A DNA stretch of 64,000 nt from Candidatus Latescibacterota bacterium. GTDB lineage: Bacteria > Latescibacterota > UBA2968 > GCA-2709665. Location: NCBI GenBank assembly GCA_963667175.2, contig CAXXXF010000012.1, positions 128,001 to 192,000 on the forward strand, given 5' to 3'. A program made the position numbers and the translations under genes. This document shows, piece by piece, positions 45,612 through 55,380 of the stretch (the stretch's first letter is position 1; the number at the start of each line of letters is the position of its first letter). The notes below the pieces were generated by a model. It did no database searches, had not been told where the DNA came from, and worked only from the letters and a program-made list of their open reading frames with translations.

Positions 45612-47582
45612 ATGAATCGGAACGCGGAAGCAGGAAACAGATTCCATGGCTTCGCGCGCATTCTCGCGGCACTGGTCCTGGCGACGGTATTCACGGCCGT
45701 GCTGCCGAAAAACCGGGACCGCGTCATTCATCAGCAGATCGTGACCGAATTGCCGGGACTTGCGAAAGCGGCGGGCGGCGGCCCGTGGCGTCTTGCGGAG
45801 ACCGACGATCCGCGCTGCCGCTCGGGTTACGAGGAAGTGAACCGGCGGAGAACAACCCCCGAGACCGATTCTCTCCCGATCACGTTGACGTGCCGGGAAG
45901 AACCCGATGGTCTGATCCTGACCGCCGCGACTGCCGGAATGCATCGGCAGATCCGCCTGAAACCCGTCGACGGCTGGAGTCTGTTTCCACCGATCGCGGC
46001 CATTTTTGTCGCGGTGATCAGCGGTCGCGTGCTCCTGGGGCTCGCGCTTGCCGTACTCTCCGGCGGCATGCTCAGCGCGGGCGACGCGCCCCTGTACGAA
46101 CTCCCGTTCGCCGCCCTGGAAAGGGCGGCCGTAGATTACGTCTGGACCCCGCTGAGTTCGTCCTTCCAACTGTTCATTCTCGGCTTTACGGCGGCGCTGA
46201 TCGGCATGGTGCGCGTTACCACGCTCGCCGGGGGAAACGCCGGCATCGCCGCGCTGCTGGCCGCCCGCGCCGAAAGCGCCAGGTCCACGCGGTTTGCCGC
46301 GTTTCTCATGGGCCTGGCGATATTCTTCGATGACTACGCCAACACGATCGTGGTCGGCACGACGCTGCGGCCCATGACGGACCGGTTCCGGATCTCCCGC
46401 GAAAAGCTCGCGTACATCGTCGATTCCACCGCGGCGCCTGTCGCCGGCGTGGCGGTCATCAGCACCTGGATTGGCTTCGAAGTGGGTCTGTTCGGGGACC
46501 TCATGCGGGATCTCGGAACCGGTGTTTCCGGATATCAGCTCTTCCTCCACGCGCTTCCCGCCCGCTTCTACTGCCTCTTTACCCTTTTGTTTGTCGCCAC
46601 GTCGGCGTGGTTCCAGCGGGACTACGGGACCATGTACCGGGCTGAGTACCGCGCGCAAACCACCGGCCGCGTGCTTCGGCCGGGCGCCACGCCCCTGACG
46701 GGACTCCGCGGCACAGAGGTAAAGGCGGCAGCAGGCGTTCGACCCGCCTGGTGGGCCGCGGCCGTTCCCGTTCTGATCGTTGTGTTTGCCGTCGTCTTCG
46801 GCATGGCCGCCGATACGTGGACTCATGCCAGCGTACGGCCGGTCCGAATTAACGATTCGCTCGCCAGCTGGTCCTTCTGGACTGCGTGTTTTTCCAATGC
46901 GGACAACCCGCGGGTGCTGTTCGTGTCCGCCGTACTCGGTTCCGTTGCGGCGTTGCTCATCGCGGTTACGCGGCGTCACAGCACCGACGGATCCGCCCCG
47001 ATTTCACCCTTTTCGGCAGTGAAGACGTGGGCGATGGGAGTAACGGGAATCCACTATGCGATTGCCATCCTCATCATGGCCTGGGCCATTCAGGCCATCT
47101 GCAAGGACGTCGGCACGTCCGTGTACCTCACGGCGGCGCTCTCGCCCCTGGTTCTCCCCGGCCTGCTTCCCGTGCTCATCTTCCTCCTGGCCGCCTCGGT
47201 CGCGTTCGCCATGGGGACGTCGTGGGCGACGATGGCGATCCTCATTCCCACCGCGGTTCCCCTCGCGCACGGCCTGGGCGGCCTCCCGCTCACCATTCTC
47301 GCGGCGGCCGCTGTACTGGACGGCGCCATCTTCGGGGATCACTGCTCACCCATCAGCGACACGACGGTCATGTCGAGCATCGCAACGTCGTGCGACCACC
47401 TGGACCACGTCAAAACGCAACTTCCCTACGCCCTCACCACGATGGCCGTCGCCGCGCTCGCGGGGTACGTCGGCGCCGCCTTTTTCTATCCGGGATGGAT
47501 CGGGCTTGTCATCGGCTTTACCGCGATCCCTGCGATCCTTCTCCTGTTCGGCAGGAATCCGGACAAGCCTGCCGACGGTTAG
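45612..47582 (+). CDS. Na+/H+ antiporter NhaC family transporter
   Basis: IFFDDYAN, SREKLAYIVDSTAAP, GTSW and GDHCSPISDTT motifs. Confidence 0.88.
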   Translation: MNRNAEAGNRFHGFARILAALVLATVFTAVLPKNRDRVIHQQIVTELPGLAKAAGGGPWRLAETDDPRCRSGYEEVNRRRTTPETDSLPITLTCREEPDGLILTAATAGMHRQIRLKPVDGWSLFPPIAAIFVAVISGRVLLGLALAVLSGGMLSAGDAPLYELPFAALERAAVDYVWTPLSSSFQLFILGFTAALIGMVRVTTLAGGNAGIAALLAARAESARSTRFAAFLMGLAIFFDDYANTIVVGTTLRPMTDRFRISREKLAYIVDSTAAPVAGVAVISTWIGFEVGLFGDLMRDLGTGVSGYQLFLHALPARFYCLFTLLFVATSAWFQRDYGTMYRAEYRAQTTGRVLRPGATPLTGLRGTEVKAAAGVRPAWWAAAVPVLIVVFAVVFGMAADTWTHASVRPVRINDSLASWSFWTACFSNADNPRVLFVSAVLGSVAALLIAVTRRHSTDGSAPISPFSAVKTWAMGVTGIHYAIAILIMAWAIQAICKDVGTSVYLTAALSPLVLPGLLPVLIFLLAASVAFAMGTSWATMAILIPTAVPLAHGLGGLPLTILAAAAVLDGAIFGDHCSPISDTTVMSSIATSCDHLDHVKTQLPYALTTMAVAALAGYVGAAFFYPGWIGLVIGFTAIPAILLLFGRNPDKPADG

Positions 47583-47590
47583 CCGTACCG

Positions 47591-49351
47591 CTAAGGTTCC
47601 TCAACGCGATGGTATACATTCGGCGCCGGGTTTTCCATGGTGAGGCTGCGCCCGGAAGGCCAGGTCACAACAACCTTTTCCAGGTCAGGCCGTACCCCCA
47701 GCCCGAAATGCAGCCTTCTCTGATTCTGCGACGAGAAGCCGCTGCCGCCCGACACCTCCTGCATCTGTTCCTGTCCATCCCAGAACAGCCTCACCTGCGC
47801 CCCGATCGCGCTGCGATTGCTCGTTACGCCCGCCAGATCGAATCCGATCCATTGGCGGGCGGGATCCACTGTGTTTCTGTATACGAGAAGCGGGCCGCGC
47901 TGGTTGGCCACCACAACGTCAAGCACCCCGCGGTTCCAGAGATCAACGAGCGCTACCGCACGCCCGTCAAAACGGTCGTGCACCCCCGCCTCGCGAGCCA
48001 CGTCTACGAAACGTCCCATCCCGTCGTTCACCCACACACGCGATTGCTGAAAGCCGGCGAGGCTGCGTCCCTTCATCGCGGGCCAGTGCTTCGCATCTGA
48101 AATGATCGCCCTGTGTCCGCCCGCCACCTGTGAGAAGTCGTACCAATAGCTCTCCGACTCCGAGGCCGACACGTAGCCGTTGGTCAAGAACAGATCCAGG
48201 CGCCCGTCGTTGTTGAGATCTCCGAACTGCGCGCCGAAACTCCAGTCGCCCAGCTCCACGCCCATCACCTGCGCCAGGTTTTCGAACGCCAGCTCACCGT
48301 CCTTCCGGGCGACCCAGAGGTTGTTGCCCTGCAGCAGAATTCCGGCCTCCGAGATATTGGTCTCGTAGATCGCCAGGCGACCCTGGTTCAGCACGTCGCC
48401 GAATGTCGCGTTCATTCCGCTCTTCGGCTGGTATCCGACGCCCGCCTGCCGCCCGATCTCCTCAAACCCCGTTCCGTCCTGGTTACGGTAGAGCTCCGAG
48501 ACGCCGTAGTCGTTGGCCAGGAACAGATCCGGATAACCGGACCGGTTCAAATCAGCCGCAGCCACGGCAAGGGTCCAGCGACGACTGCGAATGCCCAGCC
48601 GTTCGGCAACGTCCTCGAAACGTCCGTCGCCCCGATTGCGCAACAGGTACTTCCGACCGCCGTTTTCGGCATATTCGAAACTGTCCGGCATCATGCGGGT
48701 GGATTCGAGGCGCCACAGGTCCAGCCCATCCGGCCAGTATCCGGCGACAAACAGATCCAGACGCCCGTCGCAATCGTAATCCAGCCAGACGGCGCTTCCC
48801 GCGTTGATCCAGGCGGGCAGCCCGGCGTCCTCGCTCACTCGCCTAAACCTCTGTCCGGACTCGTTCCGATACAGCTCCGGCCGACCCCATTTGTACACGA
48901 AAAGGTCTTCGAAGCCGTCGTTGTCATAGTCCCCCCAGACCGAGCCCACCGAAATTCCAGTGCCGGCCCGATTCAGGTCCGCCACGCCGACCCTGTCGGC
49001 CACGTCTTCGAATTTCCCTGTACCGAGATTGCGGTAGAGCCGGTTCGCCGCGCCTTCCGCGCTGTTGGTCACGTACAGATCCTGCCAGCCGTCCCTGTCG
49101 AAGTCCGCGACCGACACCGCGGCGCCCATTGCGGCGACGTGTGGCATGATATGGGTCAGCTTCGCGTCGAACGTGGGCCCGCGGTGCACGAAGTCGATGC
49201 CGCTTTTGCCGGTGACGTCCTCGAGCGCGAATCCATAGTGGACCACTTTCCTCTTTTTCGGCGGCCACAGACCGGATTTCTGGAGGACGGGTACCGCCAG
49301 CAGCATCACAAAGATCGCGATCGGGACGCCGTGTACCGCTCGACGTGACAT
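47591..49351 (-). CDS. CRTAC1/UnbV-like FG-GAP repeat protein with ASPIC/UnbV domain
   Basis: DxDxDG repeats; NRSAIGA, LHFGLG and V.WPSG motifs. Confidence 0.85.
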   Translation of the reverse strand: MSRRAVHGVPIAIFVMLLAVPVLQKSGLWPPKKRKVVHYGFALEDVTGKSGIDFVHRGPTFDAKLTHIMPHVAAMGAAVSVADFDRDGWQDLYVTNSAEGAANRLYRNLGTGKFEDVADRVGVADLNRAGTGISVGSVWGDYDNDGFEDLFVYKWGRPELYRNESGQRFRRVSEDAGLPAWINAGSAVWLDYDCDGRLDLFVAGYWPDGLDLWRLESTRMMPDSFEYAENGGRKYLLRNRGDGRFEDVAERLGIRSRRWTLAVAAADLNRSGYPDLFLANDYGVSELYRNQDGTGFEEIGRQAGVGYQPKSGMNATFGDVLNQGRLAIYETNISEAGILLQGNNLWVARKDGELAFENLAQVMGVELGDWSFGAQFGDLNNDGRLDLFLTNGYVSASESESYWYDFSQVAGGHRAIISDAKHWPAMKGRSLAGFQQSRVWVNDGMGRFVDVAREAGVHDRFDGRAVALVDLWNRGVLDVVVANQRGPLLVYRNTVDPARQWIGFDLAGVTSNRSAIGAQVRLFWDGQEQMQEVSGGSGFSSQNQRRLHFGLGVRPDLEKVVVTWPSGRSLTMENPAPNVYHRVEEP

Positions 49352-49365
49352 GGGACACTCACTGT

Positions 49366-52300
49366 CTATCTGCCGGCGTGCATCCGGGAAATCTCCGGCG
49401 CGACGTACCGGGTGTGGAATTCCTGCCAATCTGCGGGATTGCGGCGGTAGACCGGGTCGTCTTCCAGCCGACCCGGCGGGGTTTCGTACGTAGACCAGGC
49501 ATGAGAAGGCAGCGGCAGAACGGTTTTCGAATACGCCGTATTGTAGTCACCGTCTTTTACCCAGCCATCGCCCATCAGCACGAAATCCCTCACCCATCCG
49601 GACGGCGGCGGACCCGGATCCGGGAAACGAAAAACAAGCTCGTCTCCGGCGTTCATGATCACGTATCGATCGTCTACGTCGGCCAGCAGTGGACGCACGT
49701 CACCGAAACGGGTGTGATATCCCTTCAGGTCCCACCACAGGGGCGCGGGGTTTACGGGAGACGAATACAAAGGAACGTCGGGCGATCGCCGATCCGGTTG
49801 CGAGACCTCCGAAAACCCGCGGCCTCTCAACACCGCGGTCTGAGACGTCACCCGGCGGGTCCGCAACTGCGCGTCGTTTGCGGTTTCCGCCCACGCCAGC
49901 CGGTCCCAGTAGATCTCCAGATTTGTCCGGAGACGCAACCGGGGAGACGTCACACCCGACAGATCGATCGCGATCGTCTTGAACTTACCGGCGGGGAACC
50001 CCAGATCCGGTACCGCGGTTTCCCAGGTTCCATCGTCCCGCTGCGCATCCAGACGGAGCCCCCGGGGTCTCGCGTGCGCGCCATGACCCATCGCGACGTT
50101 GATCGAACTGTCGGTGGGATAGATCCATCCGTATCCGATCAACCATCCGCCCCCGTTCTCGGCCGCCCGCGGCAGATCCACCTCAACCCAGTGGTCCGCG
50201 GCCACGCCCTGGTATCGCCCGACGTCGAACGTATCGAGATACCGGCCATCTCTCGCCGTTACCAGATCCGTCACGTCACGCCCCGTTTCGTCCCGCGCCG
50301 CACGGACCGCGACGGGCGTTTCCGTTGGAATGACCCTGAGTTCCGGCTGTCGCGTTGCAAAACGCTCATCCACAAATACGGCGACGTCCGCGGGGTGGTC
50401 GACGACCATCAGTTCCACCCAGTCCACGAACTGGGTCTCCCACAGTTCGGACGTGATGCGTACGTCGTAGGTTCCGTCCCGGGACGCGAGTTCATCGCCC
50501 CGGATCAGGATCCAATCCTCCGTTTGAGACACGCCGGCCGTCACCTGAGCGTTGATTCGCATCCCCAGCGGGGATCGCCACAGGAAATCTTTAACGAAGG
50601 CCCATTCTTCGCCATTGAACGCGAACACCCAGGGACAGGATCCCTTCAGGCGCTGCTGAGCCAGAATCGTCTGATCGGCCGCGACGTCGAACTCGGCCTG
50701 TACCGTTCCGTTCGGCCACTGCACGCGCACCACGTTCGCCAGGTCGTACTCGCCCAGACCGAAATGTACCGCCGGCGTCCTGATCGCCCGGCGCTGTGCC
50801 AGGAGCCCGGACCGCACCAGCACCTCCCCGCCCAGCGCGAATGAATTGATCCTCCCGTCCCCCTGGATCGCCCGCACCCGCGGCCGGACGACCTGCCAGT
50901 GGTAGTCGCGTTTTCCCCGGTTCACGAGAATCTGTGGTCGTCCGGCGTCAGAGAGTCCCAGCAGATCCAGGCGACCGTCCCGGGTCATGTCGGATATCCC
51001 GAAGATTCGCAACCCGTCCGGCAGGGCGTTGTAACGCCAGGACCCTTCGGCATCGCCCAGCCAGTACCCGCCTCGGACCCGGCCGCCGACAACGAGATCG
51101 AGCTGCCCGTTATTGTCGATATCGGCCAGAAACAGGCGCGCCGGGTCTTCGTATCCCTTCGTGTTGACCAGTTCGCTGAATTCCCATCGCCCGTTCTTGC
51201 GCGAAATCGCAGTGATCCGTCCATCCGGGTAGAGGGCAACCAGGTCCAGACTTCCATCGCCGTCCACGTCTCCGGACGCGATCGCGCGGACCTCGTCACC
51301 ACTCTCGTACGAATGCTCGAACGACCCGCTTCGCTCGTTGACGTATACAAGCAGCCGGCCCCGGTTGTCCACCAGCGCCGCATCCGGTACGCCATCGCCA
51401 TCGAGATCCGTCCATTCGAACGCCCGCGCGCCAGCCGCGCCCGCAAAGGGTTGCGCGACGTCGAACGTACCGTCCCCGTTGTTTCGCAATACCCGGCAGG
51501 CATGCCGCCCCCCGAGGACCAGGTCCAGGTCCCCGTCCATCTCGACGTCCGCGGCCCAGACCCCACCATACGCCCGATCGGTCACACTCCGGTCCAGGCC
51601 GGTCTGATCCGTAACATCGACTGGCGACCCGTCCCCGTCCCGGCGGAACAGGCGAATGCCGCCTTCCCCTGCCGTCACCAGATCCAGCCTGAAATCGTTG
51701 TTCCAGTCGACCGAAAGCAAACCGTTGGCGCCCAACGGCATGGAGGCAGGAGATGGGACGGTTCGGCCGGACGAATCCTGCCAGCGGATGGTTTCCTCGG
51801 TTGCAGACAGCACCACCGGAGGATCCTCCGGGGCGAGGCCGAGCGCCCTGAGACCGGTTGCTTCGCCGAGTGTTTGCGGAACAAATGCAAGCGCCGTATC
51901 CGCCGGCGCGGGATCGGCCGGCGGACTCTGCATCTTCAGGAACCGCCGCAGTGGCTCGCCGACTGCCTGTGACGGAATACGCAACCGACTCAGGTCGCTT
52001 CGGAAGGACGGCGTCCGCAACAGCGCATTGTGGAGGAACGCCGCGTGCCGCGCGGCGAGCCGGAAGTCCGTTTCCGCATTTGCGAGCGCCCTCGCCTGAT
52101 CCTTCGCCGTTTCCGGCCACGCGCCGGCGCGCCCGGTGATCCGCGCAATCGAAACCCTCAGGCCTTCCGCGTCCCGCGCCTTCGCCGCCAGCCTGATCCG
52201 TTCCAGCAGGAGCGCGAGATTCCGCGGCGCGTTGCCGAGCATCCCTTCCACCACGGCGAGCGCCTCTCGCGTGTCTCCCTTCCGTTCCAGCTCACGCGCC

Positions 52301-52722
52301 AGCGCGTAGCCCGCTTTGAGGTGGGCCGGACCGGCAAGGGCCGCTGCCCGCCGGAGGTGAAAAACCGCCTCGTCCGTCCGTCCGCGACGGCTCTCGAATG
52401 CCCCCATCAGGAGCGCGAGACGCCCGTTTTCCGGCGCCAGTCCCTGCGCGCGCTCGATCGATCTGAGCGCCTGTTCCTCCCTGCCCATCGAGAACTGCAG
52501 CAGCGCCAGGTTCGCCCAACCCGCGGGCTCGCCCGGCGCGTTCTCGGTCATCCGCGTAAGCGCGACGGCCGCCCGGTCCCGGGCGCCCACGTCGAGGGCG
52601 GCAAGGCCGGTGTAGAAGTCGGCGACGGCGCTCCGGTAGGCCTCGCTACCGGGTTCCGGAACGGGCGTTTCACAGCCCGCGGTCAAACCGATCAGCGCAA
52701 GCGCGATGGACAGATATCTCAT
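49366..52722 (-). CDS. TPR, FG-GAP and ASPIC/UnbV lipoprotein
   Basis: Lipobox LTAGC, TPRs, DxDxDG repeats, HFGLG, KGSCP and GWVKDGD motifs. Confidence 0.82.
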   Translation of the reverse strand: MRYLSIALALIGLTAGCETPVPEPGSEAYRSAVADFYTGLAALDVGARDRAAVALTRMTENAPGEPAGWANLALLQFSMGREEQALRSIERAQGLAPENGRLALLMGAFESRRGRTDEAVFHLRRAAALAGPAHLKAGYALARELERKGDTREALAVVEGMLGNAPRNLALLLERIRLAAKARDAEGLRVSIARITGRAGAWPETAKDQARALANAETDFRLAARHAAFLHNALLRTPSFRSDLSRLRIPSQAVGEPLRRFLKMQSPPADPAPADTALAFVPQTLGEATGLRALGLAPEDPPVVLSATEETIRWQDSSGRTVPSPASMPLGANGLLSVDWNNDFRLDLVTAGEGGIRLFRRDGDGSPVDVTDQTGLDRSVTDRAYGGVWAADVEMDGDLDLVLGGRHACRVLRNNGDGTFDVAQPFAGAAGARAFEWTDLDGDGVPDAALVDNRGRLLVYVNERSGSFEHSYESGDEVRAIASGDVDGDGSLDLVALYPDGRITAISRKNGRWEFSELVNTKGYEDPARLFLADIDNNGQLDLVVGGRVRGGYWLGDAEGSWRYNALPDGLRIFGISDMTRDGRLDLLGLSDAGRPQILVNRGKRDYHWQVVRPRVRAIQGDGRINSFALGGEVLVRSGLLAQRRAIRTPAVHFGLGEYDLANVVRVQWPNGTVQAEFDVAADQTILAQQRLKGSCPWVFAFNGEEWAFVKDFLWRSPLGMRINAQVTAGVSQTEDWILIRGDELASRDGTYDVRITSELWETQFVDWVELMVVDHPADVAVFVDERFATRQPELRVIPTETPVAVRAARDETGRDVTDLVTARDGRYLDTFDVGRYQGVAADHWVEVDLPRAAENGGGWLIGYGWIYPTDSSINVAMGHGAHARPRGLRLDAQRDDGTWETAVPDLGFPAGKFKTIAIDLSGVTSPRLRLRTNLEIYWDRLAWAETANDAQLRTRRVTSQTAVLRGRGFSEVSQPDRRSPDVPLYSSPVNPAPLWWDLKGYHTRFGDVRPLLADVDDRYVIMNAGDELVFRFPDPGPPPSGWVRDFVLMGDGWVKDGDYNTAYSKTVLPLPSHAWSTYETPPGRLEDDPVYRRNPADWQEFHTRYVAPEISRMHAGR

Positions 52723-52848
52723 GGTCCCACCCCTGGGAACGGCACGATCGTCTTCGCCTTAAATCAGAAGGGCGGAACCGTGGCAAGACGGCGCCGCTCC
52801 TGATCACGCCAAAACAGAATACACGTTGCCTGTTGCGCGCCGCCCGGG

Positions 52849-53307
52849 TTACGAACCGGCTCTTCCCTCAAGCCACCGATCCAGCGAAACCGGCATATTG
52901 CGCACGTACAACAGCGCGAGCGAACACCCGATCAGCACGAGATCCTGGGCCAGCGCCGCATCGAGTGAACCGCGTGCGCCGTCCAACCCGAAGCAGCCGC
53001 AGTCCAGATCCGCGCCCCGGTAGAGGTTTATCGCGATGGCGATGCCGAACGACGCAAGCAACGCGAGCGCGGCGAGCGCGCCGCTCCGGGACCAGAATCC
53101 CGCCAGCAGGCACACGCCGGCGGCGACTTCCATCCAGGGGACGACCACCGCGAATCCGTTGATGAACGCATGCGGGAGCACGTTGTACGCCCGCACGGTG
53201 AGGGCGAACAACGCGGGTTCCGACACCTTGGCCAGGCCTGCCCAGATCAGCACGCCGCCGAGCGCGACGCGCAGAACGACCGGGATTCCGTACCGGACCC
53301 ACCTCAT
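52849..53307 (-). CDS. MauE/DoxX family membrane protein
   Basis: AGLAKV, PWME and DCGCFG motifs. Confidence 0.85.
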   Translation of the reverse strand: MRWVRYGIPVVLRVALGGVLIWAGLAKVSEPALFALTVRAYNVLPHAFINGFAVVVPWMEVAAGVCLLAGFWSRSGALAALALLASFGIAIAINLYRGADLDCGCFGLDGARGSLDAALAQDLVLIGCSLALLYVRNMPVSLDRWLEGRAGS

Positions 53308-53804
53308 GGTTCATTCCCTTTTTTTACCGGATATCCGGCGTTTACCCAGGCGCCCCATCCATCGAAGAACGCCCGCACCCGCGTAAACCCCAGGCCCTGC
53401 TTCAGCAGATGGGCCAGCTTGACGCTGGCCTGACATCGAGCGCCGCCGCAGTACGTGATGATTTGCGCGTCCCTTGGGATACCGGCGAGCTTGTTCCTGC
53501 CGTCCGTGCTCACGTCGTGAGGCGTCAGATTCATCGCGCCCGGTATGTGTCCGCCGGCATAGGTACGCGGACCGCGGGCATCCATAAAGACGACGGACCC
53601 GGAGTCGAACGCCGCTTTCGCGTCCGCGAGACTTGCCCGGACGCCTTCGAGATAGAGGCTCCAGTTCACATGCTCGGATGCCGTTACGGTCCTGGGCGTC
53701 CGAAGCGGAATGCCCGAGTCGGACATCGCGTTGTACGCAAGACCCGCGCCCGTTCCGGCCGCCAGAATAATCATCGCCTGTAATATGACCCTTACTCGAG
53801 ACAT
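53304..53804 (-). CDS. Membrane-anchored rhodanese-like protein
   Basis: DAR, GHIPGA, TYCGGARC and GW..W motifs. Confidence 0.85.
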   Translation of the reverse strand: MSRVRVILQAMIILAAGTGAGLAYNAMSDSGIPLRTPRTVTASEHVNWSLYLEGVRASLADAKAAFDSGSVVFMDARGPRTYAGGHIPGAMNLTPHDVSTDGRNKLAGIPRDAQIITYCGGARCQASVKLAHLLKQGLGFTRVRAFFDGWGAWVNAGYPVKKGNEP

Positions 53805-53839
53805 CTGAGTGGCCTCCCCTGGATGAATGATACCGATAA

Positions 53840-53920
53840 TATATAACACACGTCGGCGGGGCTGTCAAGCATCCACGGGTCGCCTTCACCTTTGACAATT
53901 CGTGCCGCGTATGCTATTAT
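53840..53920. promoter_or_regulatory. Back-to-back divergent sigma70 promoters
   Basis: Minus strand TTGACA-17-TATATA (53840-53868); plus strand TTGACA-17-TATTAT (53892-53920). Confidence 0.6.
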
Positions 53921-54030
53921 GGATCGCCTCCGCGGCAGCCGTCGCCCCCCCGAAAAAACCGGCGAAGACGACTTCTTCCCTGTGCGTGAGTCCGTTCACG
54001 CGAATCGACGTCCCCGGGAGATCATTGATT

Positions 54031-55317
54031 ATGTCTGACGAACTGGCACTTGACGGCGGTCCGCCGTCGGTCACCGACCCGCAGGATGACGGCTGGACGA
54101 CCATAACGGCCCTGGAGAGACAATCCGTCCTGAGCGTTCTGGACGGCGGCGTGGGTGATTCCTATTCCGAGATCGACCGATTCCAGGAGGAATTCCGCGC
54201 CTTCACCGGCTCCGGATTCGCCATCGCCACCTGCAATGGCACGGCGGCCCTGCATTCGGCAATCTTCGCCTCCGGCGCACGGGCCGGCAGAGAGGTCATC
54301 GTGCCTTCAGTGACCTGGCACGCGAGCATCACGCCCATCCTGCATTGCGGCGCGACACCGGTCTTCTGTGACGCGGACCCGGACACCTTCTGCGCGGATC
54401 CCGGAGACGCCGGACGTCGAATTACGGAAAACACGTGCGCGATCATCGTAACCCACGTCTACGGCAACCCCGCCCATATGGACGCGTTCCGGAATCTCGT
54501 CGACGGAACCGGCATCACGCTGATCGAAGACGCGTCGCACGCCCACGGCGCGCTCTGGAACGGCACGCCCGTCGGCTCACTCGGCCACGTCGGCTGCTTC
54601 AGCCTGCAGGGTAGCAAGCCGGTCACGGGGATCGAAGCGGGTGTGGTCGTGACCGACGACGGAGACCTCTACGACCGGATGCTGGCCCTGGGCCACTACG
54701 GACGGTGCGAGAATGCGTTCGTCACCGACAGATTCAGAGACCTCCGCAACATGGGCCTGGGCGTCAAGTACCGGGCGAACCCTCTGGGGATTGCCCTGGC
54801 CCGCGCGCAGCTCGAACGGTTGCCCGGACTGAACGAAAAGAGGCGCGCCTGGTTCGGCCGGCTGGACAGCCATCTGAAATCTGTCCCCGGCTTTTACCCG
54901 CAGAAAACCTACACGCAGGCGGTACGCGGCGGGCTCCTGCTGTATACCGGGCTTATCGATCCGGCGGAAATCGGCGCCCCGGTTTCCGCCGTCCTGAAGG
55001 CGCTCGTGGCGGAGGGCGTGGCGACCACCCCGGCCATCACGCCGTTCGGCTACGGCGCCATGCACCTGGAACCGCTCTTCAACGATTTCCCGTTCGACGA
55101 CCTTGGCGGCCCCTGGGGCGACCTGCCTCCTGACGCAAGGATCCCGTACAGCCGCGGCGACCTGCCGATCAGCGAACGCATCCACGATTCCGGCTTCTGG
55201 CTGTCAACGCCGGTTGACCCGGATCCGGCGTGGGTTGACCAGGTTGCCGCTGCCTTTTCCAAAGTCGCCGGTCACGGCGAACGCCTGGCAAAGATCGCCG
55301 AAGACGGTGTTGGTTGA
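54031..55317 (+). CDS. DegT/DnrJ/EryC1/StrS family PLP aminotransferase
   Basis: NGTAALH, EDASHAHGA and FSLQGSK motifs. Confidence 0.88.
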   Translation: MSDELALDGGPPSVTDPQDDGWTTITALERQSVLSVLDGGVGDSYSEIDRFQEEFRAFTGSGFAIATCNGTAALHSAIFASGARAGREVIVPSVTWHASITPILHCGATPVFCDADPDTFCADPGDAGRRITENTCAIIVTHVYGNPAHMDAFRNLVDGTGITLIEDASHAHGALWNGTPVGSLGHVGCFSLQGSKPVTGIEAGVVVTDDGDLYDRMLALGHYGRCENAFVTDRFRDLRNMGLGVKYRANPLGIALARAQLERLPGLNEKRRAWFGRLDSHLKSVPGFYPQKTYTQAVRGGLLLYTGLIDPAEIGAPVSAVLKALVAEGVATTPAITPFGYGAMHLEPLFNDFPFDDLGGPWGDLPPDARIPYSRGDLPISERIHDSGFWLSTPVDPDPAWVDQVAAAFSKVAGHGERLAKIAEDGVG

Positions 55318-55380
55318 GCCGGACGCGCGCAGAAAGCAGTGGCTCCCGACGGCGGTGGAAGCGGTTCAAGGAGGCCGTGC

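Noticed and set aside
47591-52722. Enediyne biosynthetic cluster (UnbV-like genes)
   Set aside because: There is no PKSE, thioesterase or other core enediyne gene, and ASPIC/UnbV proteins are common outside such clusters.
52770-52800. Guanidine-III riboswitch (CAAGACGGCGC)
   Set aside because: The 5' GACGAGG element is missing and no suitable gene lies downstream on that strand.
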